DNA from: an uncultured Lachnospiraceae bacterium
GTDB taxonomy: Bacteria; Bacillota; Clostridia; Oscillospirales; CAG-272
DNA: 64,000 nucleotides
NCBI GenBank assembly: GCA_964582375.1
Contig: CAZORL010000001.1
Location: 80,065 to 144,064 of the forward strand
Direction of reading: 5' to 3'
The notes beneath the pieces were generated by a model, which searched no databases, was not told the origin of the DNA, and saw only the letters and a program-made list of their open reading frames with translations. Of the stretch, positions 37,774 to 47,397 are shown one piece after another. The position numbers were made by a program, and so were the translations under genes. The first letter of the stretch is position 1. Every line of letters begins with the position of its first letter.

Positions 37774-38826
37774 GTGAAATTTGATTTTGAAAACAAAGAT
37801 TTTGAGCGGCATAAAAGGATCGCCTTCTACATCGGATGCTTTGCGGCGATCGCAACAGCTCTTTTTGTGTCTGTAAAATATCTGTTCTTTCCGTTCTTTG
37901 CGGCATGGCTGACCGCACTCATGCTTGACGGTGCTGCAGGTGCGCTTTGCAAGAGGACAAAAATGCCGCGTCTTGTCGTATCGGTGTTCCTTGCGCTGAT
38001 CATGTTGGCTCTTTTGGCGAGTGCTCTTCTTTTTGTCGGCAAAAGAATTTACTCGGAGACTCTTGAGATCCTTCAAGTGTTTACCGAAGATGACAGCATT
38101 TTGCTTGATGAAAAGGGATTGAAGATCGACGCACTTTTTGCAAGACTTGGGCTAAAGCTGCCCGATCACATGTACGAACATGTCACGAAATATATCAATA
38201 AAACAGCGGGCGAGCTGCTCTCAAAGCTTACCGCATCGGCAGGAAACTTTGCCGCGGCTCTTCCCGGGAGGATGATCTCGCTTTTTGTTTATTTGATGTC
38301 TACCTGCCTCATTCTTTCGGATCTTGACCGATTTGAAAAAGGACTTGCGTCCTTCCTTCCGAGCACTGTTTCAAAAAAGCTTGCAACTCTCAGAGCGGGA
38401 ATTGTTCGCTGTGTCGGCAGATACTCAAGAGCATACCTCTTGATCCTTGTCATGACGTTTGGCGAGCTGTTTGTTGCCCTTTCGATACTGCGTATCGATT
38501 TTGCAATGCTGATCGCGGCAATCATCGCCCTTCTCGACCTTTTGCCGGCACTCGGTGTCGGCACGGCACTCATACCGTGGGCGATCATTATGTTTCTTGT
38601 CGGTGAGCGGGCAAAGGCACTGGGACTTGCCGTATCTGCGGTCGTGATATTCGTGATAAGACAGATATCCGAGCCGCACATCGTGGGTGCGCGTCTCGGA
38701 CTTTCTCCGCTGCTTACTCTGTTTTCGGCTTTTGTCGGCTATAGATTGTGCGGCGTCACCGGTATAATTCTCTCCCCGATCGTCGCGATAGCCTTAAAGG
38801 ATGTTTCTCAAAGCAGACGGAATTAG
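37774..38826 (+). CDS. AI-2E/UPF0118-family membrane protein, YtvI-like (sporulation integral membrane protein)
   Basis: GTG start with AGAGG 8 nt upstream. 350 aa with about 8 TM helices. The C-terminal ISEPHIVGARLGLSPLLTLFSAFVG motif is typical of the family. Confidence 0.6.
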   Translation: MKFDFENKDFERHKRIAFYIGCFAAIATALFVSVKYLFFPFFAAWLTALMLDGAAGALCKRTKMPRLVVSVFLALIMLALLASALLFVGKRIYSETLEILQVFTEDDSILLDEKGLKIDALFARLGLKLPDHMYEHVTKYINKTAGELLSKLTASAGNFAAALPGRMISLFVYLMSTCLILSDLDRFEKGLASFLPSTVSKKLATLRAGIVRCVGRYSRAYLLILVMTFGELFVALSILRIDFAMLIAAIIALLDLLPALGVGTALIPWAIIMFLVGERAKALGLAVSAVVIFVIRQISEPHIVGARLGLSPLLTLFSAFVGYRLCGVTGIILSPIVAIALKDVSQSRRN

Positions 38827-40022
38827 TGCTTGTAGTGTTCCGCAAGTCCGCCTTTTGCCGTCTCGCGATATTTTCCGAGCAGATCGCGACCGGTCGCGTA
38901 CATCGTTTCAACGACGGTGTCAAAGCTGATCTTTCTCGTATCGGTGAGAAAATTTGCAAGCGACAGAGCGTTTATCGCACGCATGGCTGCGACCGCGTTT
39001 CGCTCGATGCATGGGATCTGCACAAGCCCGTTTATCGGATCGCAGGTAAGCCCCAGATGATGCTCCATTGCGACCTCGGCGGCATATTCTATCTGATCGA
39101 TACCCATCTCAAAAAGCTCTCCGAGTGCGGCGGCTGCCATGGAGCATGCCGACCCTATCTCGGCTTGACAGCCGCATTCCGCACCGCTGATCGATGCGTT
39201 TGTTCTGATCAGATCTCCGATGATACCTCCCGTCGCAAGCGCATGCAGAATGTCGGTGTCGTCAAATCCTCTCGTCTCCTGCATGTAGCGAAGCACCGAC
39301 GGCAAAACTCCGCTCGATCCGCATGTCGGAGCGGTCACTATCCTCCCTGCGGCGGCATTTTGCTCGCTTACGGCAAACGCGTATGCGCAGACAAGTCTGT
39401 TCTCTCTCGTTTGCGCGGATTCGTCAATGTGGCGTTGATTGTACAGATAATTTGCCTTGCGATTTGTCATCAGCCCACCGTCCAATGTGCCGACGGAGGA
39501 CAGACCGCAGTTTATGCTGTCCTTCATCGCCAACCAGACATCGGACAGATAATCGCGTATCCCCTCGCCCTCAAATCGCTCGACATACTCCCAAAGGCGT
39601 ATATTGTGCTCCCTGCAATAATTTGCTATGTCTGTATATTTTTTGTGCGGATAGATCTCGGGCTCGATCTCACTCTCGCGCCCCTCGAAAATTATGTCAC
39701 CGCCGCCGATGCTGTAGACCCTCTCGCGACCGATCTCAAGCTCTCCGCGGCAGGCGATAATGTCCATTGTGTTTTGATAAGTCTCACACGGCGTTGATGT
39801 GTCAAAGGTTATGATCACATCTTTTGGTGCAAGAGACTCGGCGATGACCTTGTCGGTCATGTGTCCCTTGCCGGTCATGGCAAGCGAGCCGTAAAGGGTC
39901 ACCTTGAACGTATCTGCATCGGGGTAGAGGGCGAGCATCTTTGCACACGCAAAGCCCGGGCCCATCGAGTGAGAGCTGGACGGCCCTCGCCCTATCTTGT
40001 ATAAACTGCGAATAGATTTCAT
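38823..40022 (-). CDS. sdaA: Iron-sulfur-dependent L-serine ammonia-lyase (single-chain)
   Basis: Start YKIGRGPSSSHSMGP, with the cluster-binding region CGCQAEIGSACSMAA. Confidence 0.85.
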   Translation of the reverse strand: MKSIRSLYKIGRGPSSSHSMGPGFACAKMLALYPDADTFKVTLYGSLAMTGKGHMTDKVIAESLAPKDVIITFDTSTPCETYQNTMDIIACRGELEIGRERVYSIGGGDIIFEGRESEIEPEIYPHKKYTDIANYCREHNIRLWEYVERFEGEGIRDYLSDVWLAMKDSINCGLSSVGTLDGGLMTNRKANYLYNQRHIDESAQTRENRLVCAYAFAVSEQNAAAGRIVTAPTCGSSGVLPSVLRYMQETRGFDDTDILHALATGGIIGDLIRTNASISGAECGCQAEIGSACSMAAAALGELFEMGIDQIEYAAEVAMEHHLGLTCDPINGLVQIPCIERNAVAAMRAINALSLANFLTDTRKISFDTVVETMYATGRDLLGKYRETAKGGLAEHYKH

Positions 40023-40128
40023 TTTTTTCGTATTCTCCGTTTTGTTTTGTATTTCCGCATGTCTATTTTACCACGCAAGTCGCAAAAGGTCAATAGCTGA
40101 GCGATAATTTTTTAATTTTTCGTATCTA

Positions 40129-40157
40129 TTGACATTTCTGCAAAAAGATTGTATAAT
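40129..40157 (+). promoter_or_regulatory. Sigma-A-type promoter of the ABC-F gene
   Basis: TTGACA (40129), a 17-nt spacer, then TATAAT (40152), about 30 nt before the ATG. Confidence 0.65.
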
Positions 40158-40188
40158 AATGGAGTTAATGATTTTTCGGAGTATATGA

Positions 40189-42081
40189 ATGATTTCTTTA
40201 AGTTGCGACAACATATCCTTCTCGGTCGGGATAGACACGATCCTCGACCGTGTTACATTTTCGATAAATGAAGGCGACCATCTCGGCATTGTCGGAGTAA
40301 ACGGTGCGGGAAAATCGACCCTTCTTCGAATAATAACAAATAAGCTTTCTGCCGACGGCGGAAGTGTCTATATCCAAAATGGTGCGACCGTCTCCATGCT
40401 TGAGCAGAATGCCGAGTATTCGAGCGATCGCAGTGTTCTCGACGAGATGCTTGCGGCATTTTCGAGCCTGATCGATACAGAACACGAGCTTGAAAGACTG
40501 CGCCTGCTTGCGGACGGCGGCGACGAGGCGGCGGCACTTCGCTTTGCCTCCATGCACGAAAAATTTATCTCGGACGGCGGACTTGAATATGTCGGCAGAT
40601 GCAAGGGCACGCTTCAAAGTCTCGGGCTTGGTGCCGATTTCTTTGACGTGCCGATAACCACGCTCAGCGGCGGACAAAAGACCCGTGTCGCACTTGCAAG
40701 ACTTCTCTTGTCCGATCCCGATATAATAATTCTGGACGAGCCTACAAATCACCTTGACATCGAGAGTATCGAGTGGCTTGAAAAATATCTTTCGTCCTGC
40801 TCGAAAACGGTAATTGTCGTCTCACACGACAGATATTTTCTCTGTAAGGTCACGAGCAAAACGCTCGAGATCGAAAACTGTAAGGCAAAGCTTTATGGCG
40901 GAAATTACGACAAATATATTGCCGAAAAAAAGAGAGAGCGCGAAATACTCGAGCATCAGTACAAGAATCAGCAAAAAGAGATCGCAAGGATAGAGGCGTA
41001 TATCGAACAGCAACGGCGTTGGAACAGAGAGCGAAACATTATTGCCGCCGAATCAAGGCAGAAACAGCTTGATAAGATGGAAAAGATCGACGCTCCCTCG
41101 AGACTCCCCGACAATATACGCATGAAGTTCGCCGAATCGGACGAAAGCGGCTTCGATGTGCTGTCGGTAAGACGTCTGTCCAAGAGCTACCCCGGCAAGA
41201 CGCTTTTCGAGGGACTTTCGTTTGAGCTTAAAAAGCGCGACAGACTCTTTATCATCGGCAAAAACGGTTGCGGAAAATCGACACTTCTTAAGATACTCAG
41301 CGGACATGCGACACAGGACCTTGGTGTGTTTGACTTTGGCTATAATGTCAGGCTCGGATATTACGATCAGGAGAACCAAAACCTGTCCGAGGAAAAAACG
41401 GTCATCGACGAGCTGTGGGACTCCTATCCGACCCTTTCGCAGACCGAGATAAGAAACGCACTCGCACTCTTTTTGTTCAAAGGAGACGATATCTTCAAGG
41501 AAATACGCGTGCTTTCGGGCGGCGAGAAGGCAAGAATAACATTTGCAAAGCTCATGCTGTCAAAATACAATCTGCTTTTCCTCGATGAGCCGACCAATCA
41601 CCTTGATATCATGTCCCGAGAGGTGCTCGAGGATGCACTGACCGATTTTGACGGCACGATCCTTGCGGTATCTCACGACAGATATTTCATAAAAAAGCTC
41701 TCCTCACGAATACTTTCGTTTGAGGACGGCGGTGTGCGCGATTATATGGGCACATATGAGGATTACCTTTCATATGTTTCACGCTTTGCCCAAAAGAGCA
41801 CCTCGACAACATGTGAGATATCTACGGAGACCGAGTCTAAAAAGCAGTACATGAAAAGCAAACAGGAGTCTGCCGAGAAAAGACGAGTGGCAAACAGGAT
41901 AAAAAAGAGCAGGGAAGAGATCGCGACAATAGAGACGAGACTTGACGAGATCTCCCGTGAGATCGATGAAAATCAAAGTGATGCGGACCTTCTCTCAAAA
42001 CTCTATTCCGAGTCGGAAGAGCTTGAAACACGAATGATGACCCTCATGGAAGAGCTTGACTCGCTCGGAGAGGAAATATAA
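40189..42081 (+). CDS. ABC-F family ATPase (two NBDs, no TMD, C-terminal coiled coil)
   Basis: Walker A GVNGAGKST and GKNGCGKST, signatures LSGGQKTRVALARLL and LSGGEKARITFAKLM, and a charged helical tail. Confidence 0.85.
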   Translation: MISLSCDNISFSVGIDTILDRVTFSINEGDHLGIVGVNGAGKSTLLRIITNKLSADGGSVYIQNGATVSMLEQNAEYSSDRSVLDEMLAAFSSLIDTEHELERLRLLADGGDEAAALRFASMHEKFISDGGLEYVGRCKGTLQSLGLGADFFDVPITTLSGGQKTRVALARLLLSDPDIIILDEPTNHLDIESIEWLEKYLSSCSKTVIVVSHDRYFLCKVTSKTLEIENCKAKLYGGNYDKYIAEKKREREILEHQYKNQQKEIARIEAYIEQQRRWNRERNIIAAESRQKQLDKMEKIDAPSRLPDNIRMKFAESDESGFDVLSVRRLSKSYPGKTLFEGLSFELKKRDRLFIIGKNGCGKSTLLKILSGHATQDLGVFDFGYNVRLGYYDQENQNLSEEKTVIDELWDSYPTLSQTEIRNALALFLFKGDDIFKEIRVLSGGEKARITFAKLMLSKYNLLFLDEPTNHLDIMSREVLEDALTDFDGTILAVSHDRYFIKKLSSRILSFEDGGVRDYMGTYEDYLSYVSRFAQKSTSTTCEISTETESKKQYMKSKQESAEKRRVANRIKKSREEIATIETRLDEISREIDENQSDADLLSKLYSESEELETRMMTLMEELDSLGEEI

Positions 42082-42197
42082 CAAATAAGGCTGCCTCAAA
42101 TGCGCAAAGCAAGTAAGACGGCATAAAAATCATTTTTCTGATTGCCAAGCTCTTTGTAGGTCATAACGATCAGCGGAGATCTGTAACGAAAAACAAA

Positions 42198-42263
42198 AGC
42201 GTGTAACCATTGCCGGAATTATGCCGCATGGCTACACGCTTGTTGTTATTTGTTTTTGTTTTT
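42198..42263 (+). terminator. Rho-independent terminator about 120 nt downstream of the ABC-F stop
   Basis: 13-bp stem AGCGTGTAACCAT / ATGGCTACACGCT (one mismatch) with a 17-nt loop, followed by TGTTGTTATTTGTTTTTGTTTTT. Confidence 0.6.
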
Positions 42264-42455
42264 AGGCGAGATAACCGCCGACGGGGCAGGCGTTGTACTG
42301 CTTTATGATCTTTATGTTGATCGATCCGTCTTCCTGCACACTCTCATCAACGATCTTGTACAACGTTCCCCACGCTCAAGACCCTTCTTGTAATGTGCGA
42401 CCTCTTCCTTTATGAGAGAAACAGCGTAGTCGTGTCCGACGTCCTCCTTTAACAC
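42262..42455 (-). pseudogene. Frameshifted small ORF / gene remnant downstream of the activase gene
   Basis: Hand translation gives (V)LKEDVGHDYAVSLIKEEVAHYKKGLE in one frame. After an apparent 1-nt loss near 42375 it continues in another frame as WGTLYKIVDESVQEDGSINIKIIKQYNACPVGGYLA*. No family recognised. Confidence 0.3.
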
Positions 42456-42483
42456 TTTTCGTGAGCAAAAGATCCTCTCTCAT

Positions 42484-45400
42484 TTATTTTGCGACCGTCG
42501 CTTTAGTGGATTCCTTTTCACGCTTTCTCTGACTTTGTGCCTGTCTGAGATTGTCCTTTGCCGTTGCGAGCATAAGCTTTATGCGGTTTAGCTGATTGAC
42601 CTCGGATGCGCCCGGATCGTAATCGACGGCGGCGATATTCGAGTAGGGATAATCCTTCTTGATCGCCTTGATGACACCCTTTCCGACGACATGGTTTGGC
42701 AGACAGCCGAACGGCTGTACGCATACTATATTTGGTGCGCCGTCGTGTATCAGCTCGATCATCTCTCCGCAAAGGAACCATCCCTCGCCGTATTGATTGC
42801 AGATCGAAAGATATTTCTCGGCATATTCGGCAGTCTTTTCAATATCTGTCGGGGCAGAGAAACGCTTGCTGTTTTTAAGCGCATCCGCCGCAGGCGCACG
42901 AAGTGCCTTCAGTGCGTCAATACCGACATGCGATACGAGCAGACCCCAATATTGTGTTCCAAGCTCCTTTACCTTCGGTATCATGTTGTAGATGCACATC
43001 GACAAAAAGTCAAGAAAATCGGGAACGACCGCCTCTGCCCCTTCTTTTTCAAGAAGCTCAACAAGATTGTTGTTGGCGATCGGCATGTATTTTACGAGTA
43101 TCTCGCCGACAATGCCGACACGCGGCTTTTTCATGTCCTCGTATATCGGGAGAGTATCAAAATCGCTGACTATCTCACGGCATATCTCTTTGTACGAGAC
43201 TTTTTTGACCTTGCCCGAGAGAATGTCCGAGCATCTGCCGATCCATTTGTCGCGCAGTGCGTTTGCCGAACCGAGTTTGATCTCGTAAGGACGGGTGCGA
43301 TAGAGACAACGCATGATAACATCGCCCCAAATAAGCCCCTTCATTGCATCGATGAGCATGCCCGGCTTGATCTTGAATCCGCTGTTCTTCTCAAGCCCCT
43401 GTGCACTGAGCGATATGACCGGGATGTGAGAAAGCCCCGCACTGTCAAGTGCACGTCTGATAAATCCGACATAGTTGCTTGCTCTGCAACATCCGCCTGT
43501 CTGCGTCATCATGAGAGCAAGCTTTGAGGTGTCGTATTCGCCCGAGAGTACTGCGTCCATCATCTGCCCGACGGTTATGATCGACGGATAGCAGGCATCG
43601 TTGTTGACATATTTGAGCCCCATGTCCACCGCACGCTTTGACGGCTTGTCAAGCATTACGATGTTAAATCCGTTTTTCACAAATATGGGTTTCAATATGT
43701 CAAAATGTATCGGACTCATCGAGGGAGCGAGTATCGTATATCCCTCATCAAACATCTCTTTGGTAAATTCGACACGCTTGTAATCATATTTTTTCGTGTC
43801 GTTCCCCTCACCGCAGGAGAGTGCCTTTTTCATCTTCATTGCGGCGATAAGACTGCGCACTCGGATTCGAGCCGAGCCGAGATTGTTGACCTCGTCGATC
43901 TTAAGCACCGTGTAGAGCCTGCCCGCATTTTCGAGTATCTCGCACACCTGATCGGTGGTTACCGCATCAAGACCGCAACCGAATGAGTTAAGCTGAATAA
44001 GCTCAAGATCGTCACGACCGCAGACATATTCGGCGGCGGCATAAAGCCTTGCGTGATAGGTCCATTGATCGAGTACGCGAAGCTCACGACCGCTGCCCGC
44101 AGGGAGCGGAAGGCTGTCCTCGGTAAATACCGACAGCCCGAAGGATGCGATCATTTCGGGGATGCCGTGGTTGATCTCAGGATCGATGTGGTAGGGTCTG
44201 CCTGCCAAAACTATGCCGCACTTTCCTTCACGCTCCAGCTTGTCAAGCAGTCGTGCCCCTTCTTTTCTGATATCTTCCTTTGCGCGCGTTTGCTCTGCCC
44301 ACGCGAGTGCGGCGGCACGCTTTACCTCGCTCTTGTCGATCGACCAGACATCAAAGCATATCTCGCAAAGCCGTTTCGTGACCGTCTTTTCGTCGGTGAA
44401 TGCAAGGAATGGGTGGAGATATCTCACATTGTTTTCGGAGATCTCCTCCATGTTGTTCTTTATGTTCTCGGGGTAGGAGATGACCATCGGACAGTTGTAA
44501 TGATTCTTTGCATCCGAGCTTTCGGTGCGCTCGTAGAAAACACTCGGATGAAAGATCGTAGTTACTCCCTTTTCGATCAGCCATTTTACATGACCGTGAG
44601 CAAGCTTTGCGGGGTAACACTCAGACTCTGACGGAATGCTGTCCATTCCGAGCTGATATATCTTTCTGCTTGAGTAGGGCGAAAGAACTACCGAAAAGCC
44701 GAGCTCTTTGAAAAATGTTGCCCAGAACGGGTAGTTTTCGTATATGTTCAGAACTCTCGGAATGCCGATGACGCCGCGAGGAGCATCCTCTGCCGTAAGT
44801 GACTCGTATCCGAAGATCCTCGATCTCTTGTATTCGACCAGATCCTCTCCGCGTTGCCCGACGCCGTTTGCGCCGACCATCTTTTCGCATCTGTTTCCGG
44901 TGATGTATTTTTTGTTCGTGCTGAACGTGTTGACCGTCAGCATGCAGTTATTTTCACAGCCGCCGCAACGGGTCGTTCTGCTCTGATATGAAAAGCTGTC
45001 AAGCGAGTCAAGAGAGATGATCGAGCTTTCCTTGCCGTCGAAATGTTCTCTTGCGATCAATGCCGCACCGAAAGCTCCCATAAGACCGCTGATGTCGGGA
45101 CAGACAACATTTGTTCCCGTGATGCTCTCAAGTGCGCGCAGGACTGCCCTGTTGTAAAATGTTCCGCCCTGAACAACTATGTGACGCCCGAGATCATCCG
45201 AGCTTGCAAGCTTTATGACTTTGTACAGAGCGTTTTTGATGACAGAGTAAGCAAGACCTGCCGAAATGTCCGAAACGCTTGCACCCTCTTTTTGTGCCTG
45301 CTTGACATTCGAATTCATGAAAACGGTGCATCTTGTGCCGAGATCGACCGGGGCTTTTGCAAAGATCGCCTCTTTGGCAAACTCCTCAGCCGACATCGAA

Positions 45401-46806
45401 AGCGAGTTTGCAAAATTTTCGATAAATGAGCCGCAACCGGATGAGCATGCCTCGTTGAGCATGATCGAGTCGATCGCACCGTTTTTGAGGCGTATGCACT
45501 TCATGTCCTGACCGCCTATGTCAAGCACGCAGTCGGTCTCGGGATCAAAAAACTTTGCCGCAGTTGCATGTGCAACCGTTTCGACCTCGCCCTCGTCAAG
45601 CGAAAATGCCGCCTTCAAGAGCAGCTCGCCGTATCCGGTCGAGCACGCACGCGATATCCTTGCAGTCGCGGGAAGTGTGTCCCTCAGTTTTTTCATCGAG
45701 TCAAGGGCGGTCTTTACCGGATCGCCTTTGTTGCTCTCGTATGATGAATATAAAAGCTCGCCGTCCTCGCCGATAAGTGCGAGCTTTGTTGTGGTCGATC
45801 CTGCATCAATGCCCAAAAAGCAGTTTCCGACATATGTGGTCACATCACCCTTTTTGACTGTCGCTTCGGCGTGACGCTTGACAAACTCGCTGTATTCGCT
45901 CTCGTTTTTGAACAGTACGTCAAGACGCTTGGTCTCAAATTCCGAAACACCTTTCTCCGAAAGGGCGTGCGAAAGCTCGGAAAGCTTTATCTCACTTTGC
46001 GAGCCGTCGTTTTCCTTCTCGGAGGTCATTGCCGCGCCGATCGCGGCAAAAAGATGCGAATTTTCGGGGTCGATCACCTCGTCCTTGCCGAGATCGAGCG
46101 TTTTGATAAACAGCTTCTTAAGCTCGGGCAAAAAGTGCAGAGGACCGCCGAGAAAAGCGACCTTTCCTTTGATCGGCTTGCCGCACGCAAGTCCCGAAAC
46201 CGTCTGATTGACGACGGCTTGAAGAACCGAGGCGGCGATGTCTTCTCTTGCCGCACCGTCGTTTATGAGCGGCTGAATATCGGTCTTGGCAAAAACGCCG
46301 CATCGTGACGCTATGGGGTAGATCTCTCGCGCATTTGCGGCAAGAGTGTTAAGCCCCGAGGCGTCTGTTTGAAGCAGAGCTGCCATCTGATCGATAAACG
46401 ATCCCGTACCACCCGCACATACGCCGTTCATCCTTTCGTCAAGTCCGCCCGCAAAATAGATGATCTTTGCGTCCTCACCGCCGAGCTCGACCGCAACATC
46501 GGTGAGCGGATGATACTTTTTGAGTGCCGTCGCTACCGCAACGACCTCTTGAACGAATTTGATATTCAGCGATTTTGCGATGCCGATGGCACCCGAGCCG
46601 GTAATGCAGGCGGAGAGCGCAAGATCGCCGAGCGAATCGCGTGCCTCGTCGAGCAGACCGATCAGTGTCTGCTTTGTGTTTGCAAGATGTCGGCGATATT
46701 TTCCGAATACCGTTTTGCCCTCTTCGTCAATTATCGCAAGCTTAACCGTCGTTGATCCAATGTCAATTCCGGCATGAAAGCCGTGAAGAATATTTCCTTC
46801 TTTCAT
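42484..46806 (-). CDS. 1440-aa fusion: two BcrAD/BadFG-type (2-hydroxyacyl-CoA dehydratase activase-like) ATPase domains + dehydratase-component-like C-terminal region
   Basis: Two copies of the ASKHA/activase start motif (GIDIGSTTVKLAI at aa 14 and GIDAGSTTTKLAL at about aa 333), each followed by CAGGTGSF- or CSSGCGSF-type cluster-ligand regions. A Cys-rich linker (RCGGCENNC) and a long C-terminal region resemble the 'CoA-substrate-specific enzyme activase' large proteins. Confidence 0.8.
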   Translation of the reverse strand: MKEGNILHGFHAGIDIGSTTVKLAIIDEEGKTVFGKYRRHLANTKQTLIGLLDEARDSLGDLALSACITGSGAIGIAKSLNIKFVQEVVAVATALKKYHPLTDVAVELGGEDAKIIYFAGGLDERMNGVCAGGTGSFIDQMAALLQTDASGLNTLAANAREIYPIASRCGVFAKTDIQPLINDGAAREDIAASVLQAVVNQTVSGLACGKPIKGKVAFLGGPLHFLPELKKLFIKTLDLGKDEVIDPENSHLFAAIGAAMTSEKENDGSQSEIKLSELSHALSEKGVSEFETKRLDVLFKNESEYSEFVKRHAEATVKKGDVTTYVGNCFLGIDAGSTTTKLALIGEDGELLYSSYESNKGDPVKTALDSMKKLRDTLPATARISRACSTGYGELLLKAAFSLDEGEVETVAHATAAKFFDPETDCVLDIGGQDMKCIRLKNGAIDSIMLNEACSSGCGSFIENFANSLSMSAEEFAKEAIFAKAPVDLGTRCTVFMNSNVKQAQKEGASVSDISAGLAYSVIKNALYKVIKLASSDDLGRHIVVQGGTFYNRAVLRALESITGTNVVCPDISGLMGAFGAALIAREHFDGKESSIISLDSLDSFSYQSRTTRCGGCENNCMLTVNTFSTNKKYITGNRCEKMVGANGVGQRGEDLVEYKRSRIFGYESLTAEDAPRGVIGIPRVLNIYENYPFWATFFKELGFSVVLSPYSSRKIYQLGMDSIPSESECYPAKLAHGHVKWLIEKGVTTIFHPSVFYERTESSDAKNHYNCPMVISYPENIKNNMEEISENNVRYLHPFLAFTDEKTVTKRLCEICFDVWSIDKSEVKRAAALAWAEQTRAKEDIRKEGARLLDKLEREGKCGIVLAGRPYHIDPEINHGIPEMIASFGLSVFTEDSLPLPAGSGRELRVLDQWTYHARLYAAAEYVCGRDDLELIQLNSFGCGLDAVTTDQVCEILENAGRLYTVLKIDEVNNLGSARIRVRSLIAAMKMKKALSCGEGNDTKKYDYKRVEFTKEMFDEGYTILAPSMSPIHFDILKPIFVKNGFNIVMLDKPSKRAVDMGLKYVNNDACYPSIITVGQMMDAVLSGEYDTSKLALMMTQTGGCCRASNYVGFIRRALDSAGLSHIPVISLSAQGLEKNSGFKIKPGMLIDAMKGLIWGDVIMRCLYRTRPYEIKLGSANALRDKWIGRCSDILSGKVKKVSYKEICREIVSDFDTLPIYEDMKKPRVGIVGEILVKYMPIANNNLVELLEKEGAEAVVPDFLDFLSMCIYNMIPKVKELGTQYWGLLVSHVGIDALKALRAPAADALKNSKRFSAPTDIEKTAEYAEKYLSICNQYGEGWFLCGEMIELIHDGAPNIVCVQPFGCLPNHVVGKGVIKAIKKDYPYSNIAAVDYDPGASEVNQLNRIKLMLATAKDNLRQAQSQRKREKESTKATVAK

Positions 46807-47093
46807 TTGCTATCCTTACTTCCTTCTTCGGTTTGAGAAGCTTGCTTTTCACTTTTGAAAAGTCCAAGCTTCCGTTCTTCTCCTTTTATGAGGCTTTTTA
46901 TATTTTCAGTGTGCCTGAATATAATAAACAGTACACACAAGGAGTAGATAAGAACAGCGGGCGGCGGAGCACCGAGCAGTGCCGCGGCGATCGCACCCGC
47001 AAATAAAAGAGTAAGCGAGAGCCTTGATCGGCTCTCCCTAAACCTCTTGTTGATACACTCGCTGTCAATAACTGCTTTCAGAGTTGACTTCAT
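46803..47093 (-). CDS. 96-aa ORF whose C-terminal half is a PlsY (acyl-phosphate:G3P acyltransferase) C-terminal fragment
   Basis: LSLTLLFAGAIAAALLG...LCVLFIIFRHTENIKSLIKGEERK matches the conserved PlsY tail (..IxRHxxNIxRLxxGxExK), but the roughly 140 N-terminal residues of PlsY are missing. ATGA overlaps at both ends. Confidence 0.4.
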   Translation of the reverse strand: MKSTLKAVIDSECINKRFRESRSRLSLTLLFAGAIAAALLGAPPPAVLIYSLCVLFIIFRHTENIKSLIKGEERKLGLFKSEKQASQTEEGSKDSK

Positions 47094-47329
47094 TTCAGAC
47101 TTGTCCCTCTGATCTTATCGTTTCGTGTCCGAGTCCGCACACCGATCCTGTCGAGAATATCATCCCCGATAGCTATTCGTCGCTCGCTTGCGATCTTCGT
47201 ACGACGAAACAGTGCTTTGATGCGCAAAAGCATCTTCTCCTCGTCGATCGACTTCGCCGTGTAATCGTCGTCCACTACGAGAGATCCGAGGTGCTCGTCA
47301 GCAGGGAGAATGCGAAACACTATGATAAC
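47090..47329 (-). pseudogene. Remnant of an OmpR-type response regulator (end of receiver domain + start of winged helix)
   Basis: The frame reads ...GSLVVDDDYTAKSIDEEKMLLRIKALFRRTKIASERRIAIGDDILD..., compared with the canonical GADDYLTKPFxxEELxARIKALLRR...IxxGDLxLD. There is no phospho-acceptor region, no credible start, and no complete DNA-binding domain. Confidence 0.45.
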
Positions 47330-47353
47330 TCTTCGCTTTTTCAGATTGCAGAT

Positions 47354-47394
47354 AAATACAAACAAAACCTCGGATGCCAAAAGCATCCGAGGTT
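47354..47394 (-). terminator. Rho-independent terminator after tRNA-Val
   Basis: 12-bp stem AACCTCGGATGC / GCATCCGAGGTT (47366-47394) followed on the minus strand by TTTTGTTTGTATTT. Confidence 0.8.
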
Positions 47395-47397
47395 TAT

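Noticed and set aside
38748-39797. 349-aa plus-strand ORF
   Set aside because: It is antisense to the L-serine dehydratase gene and starts inside the ytvI-like gene's 3' end. No motifs.
40023-40188. Antibiotic-resistance-type (ARE) ABC-F with a leader-peptide attenuator
   Set aside because: The promoter-to-ATG distance is about 30 nt, with no leader ORF or attenuator hairpin. It was therefore treated as a housekeeping ABC-F.
42440-42450. Perfect AAAGGAGGA Shine-Dalgarno-like sequence on the minus strand
   Set aside because: No ATG, GTG or TTG lies within a usable distance downstream. It appears to be coding sequence (K-E-D) of the frameshifted remnant rather than an RBS.
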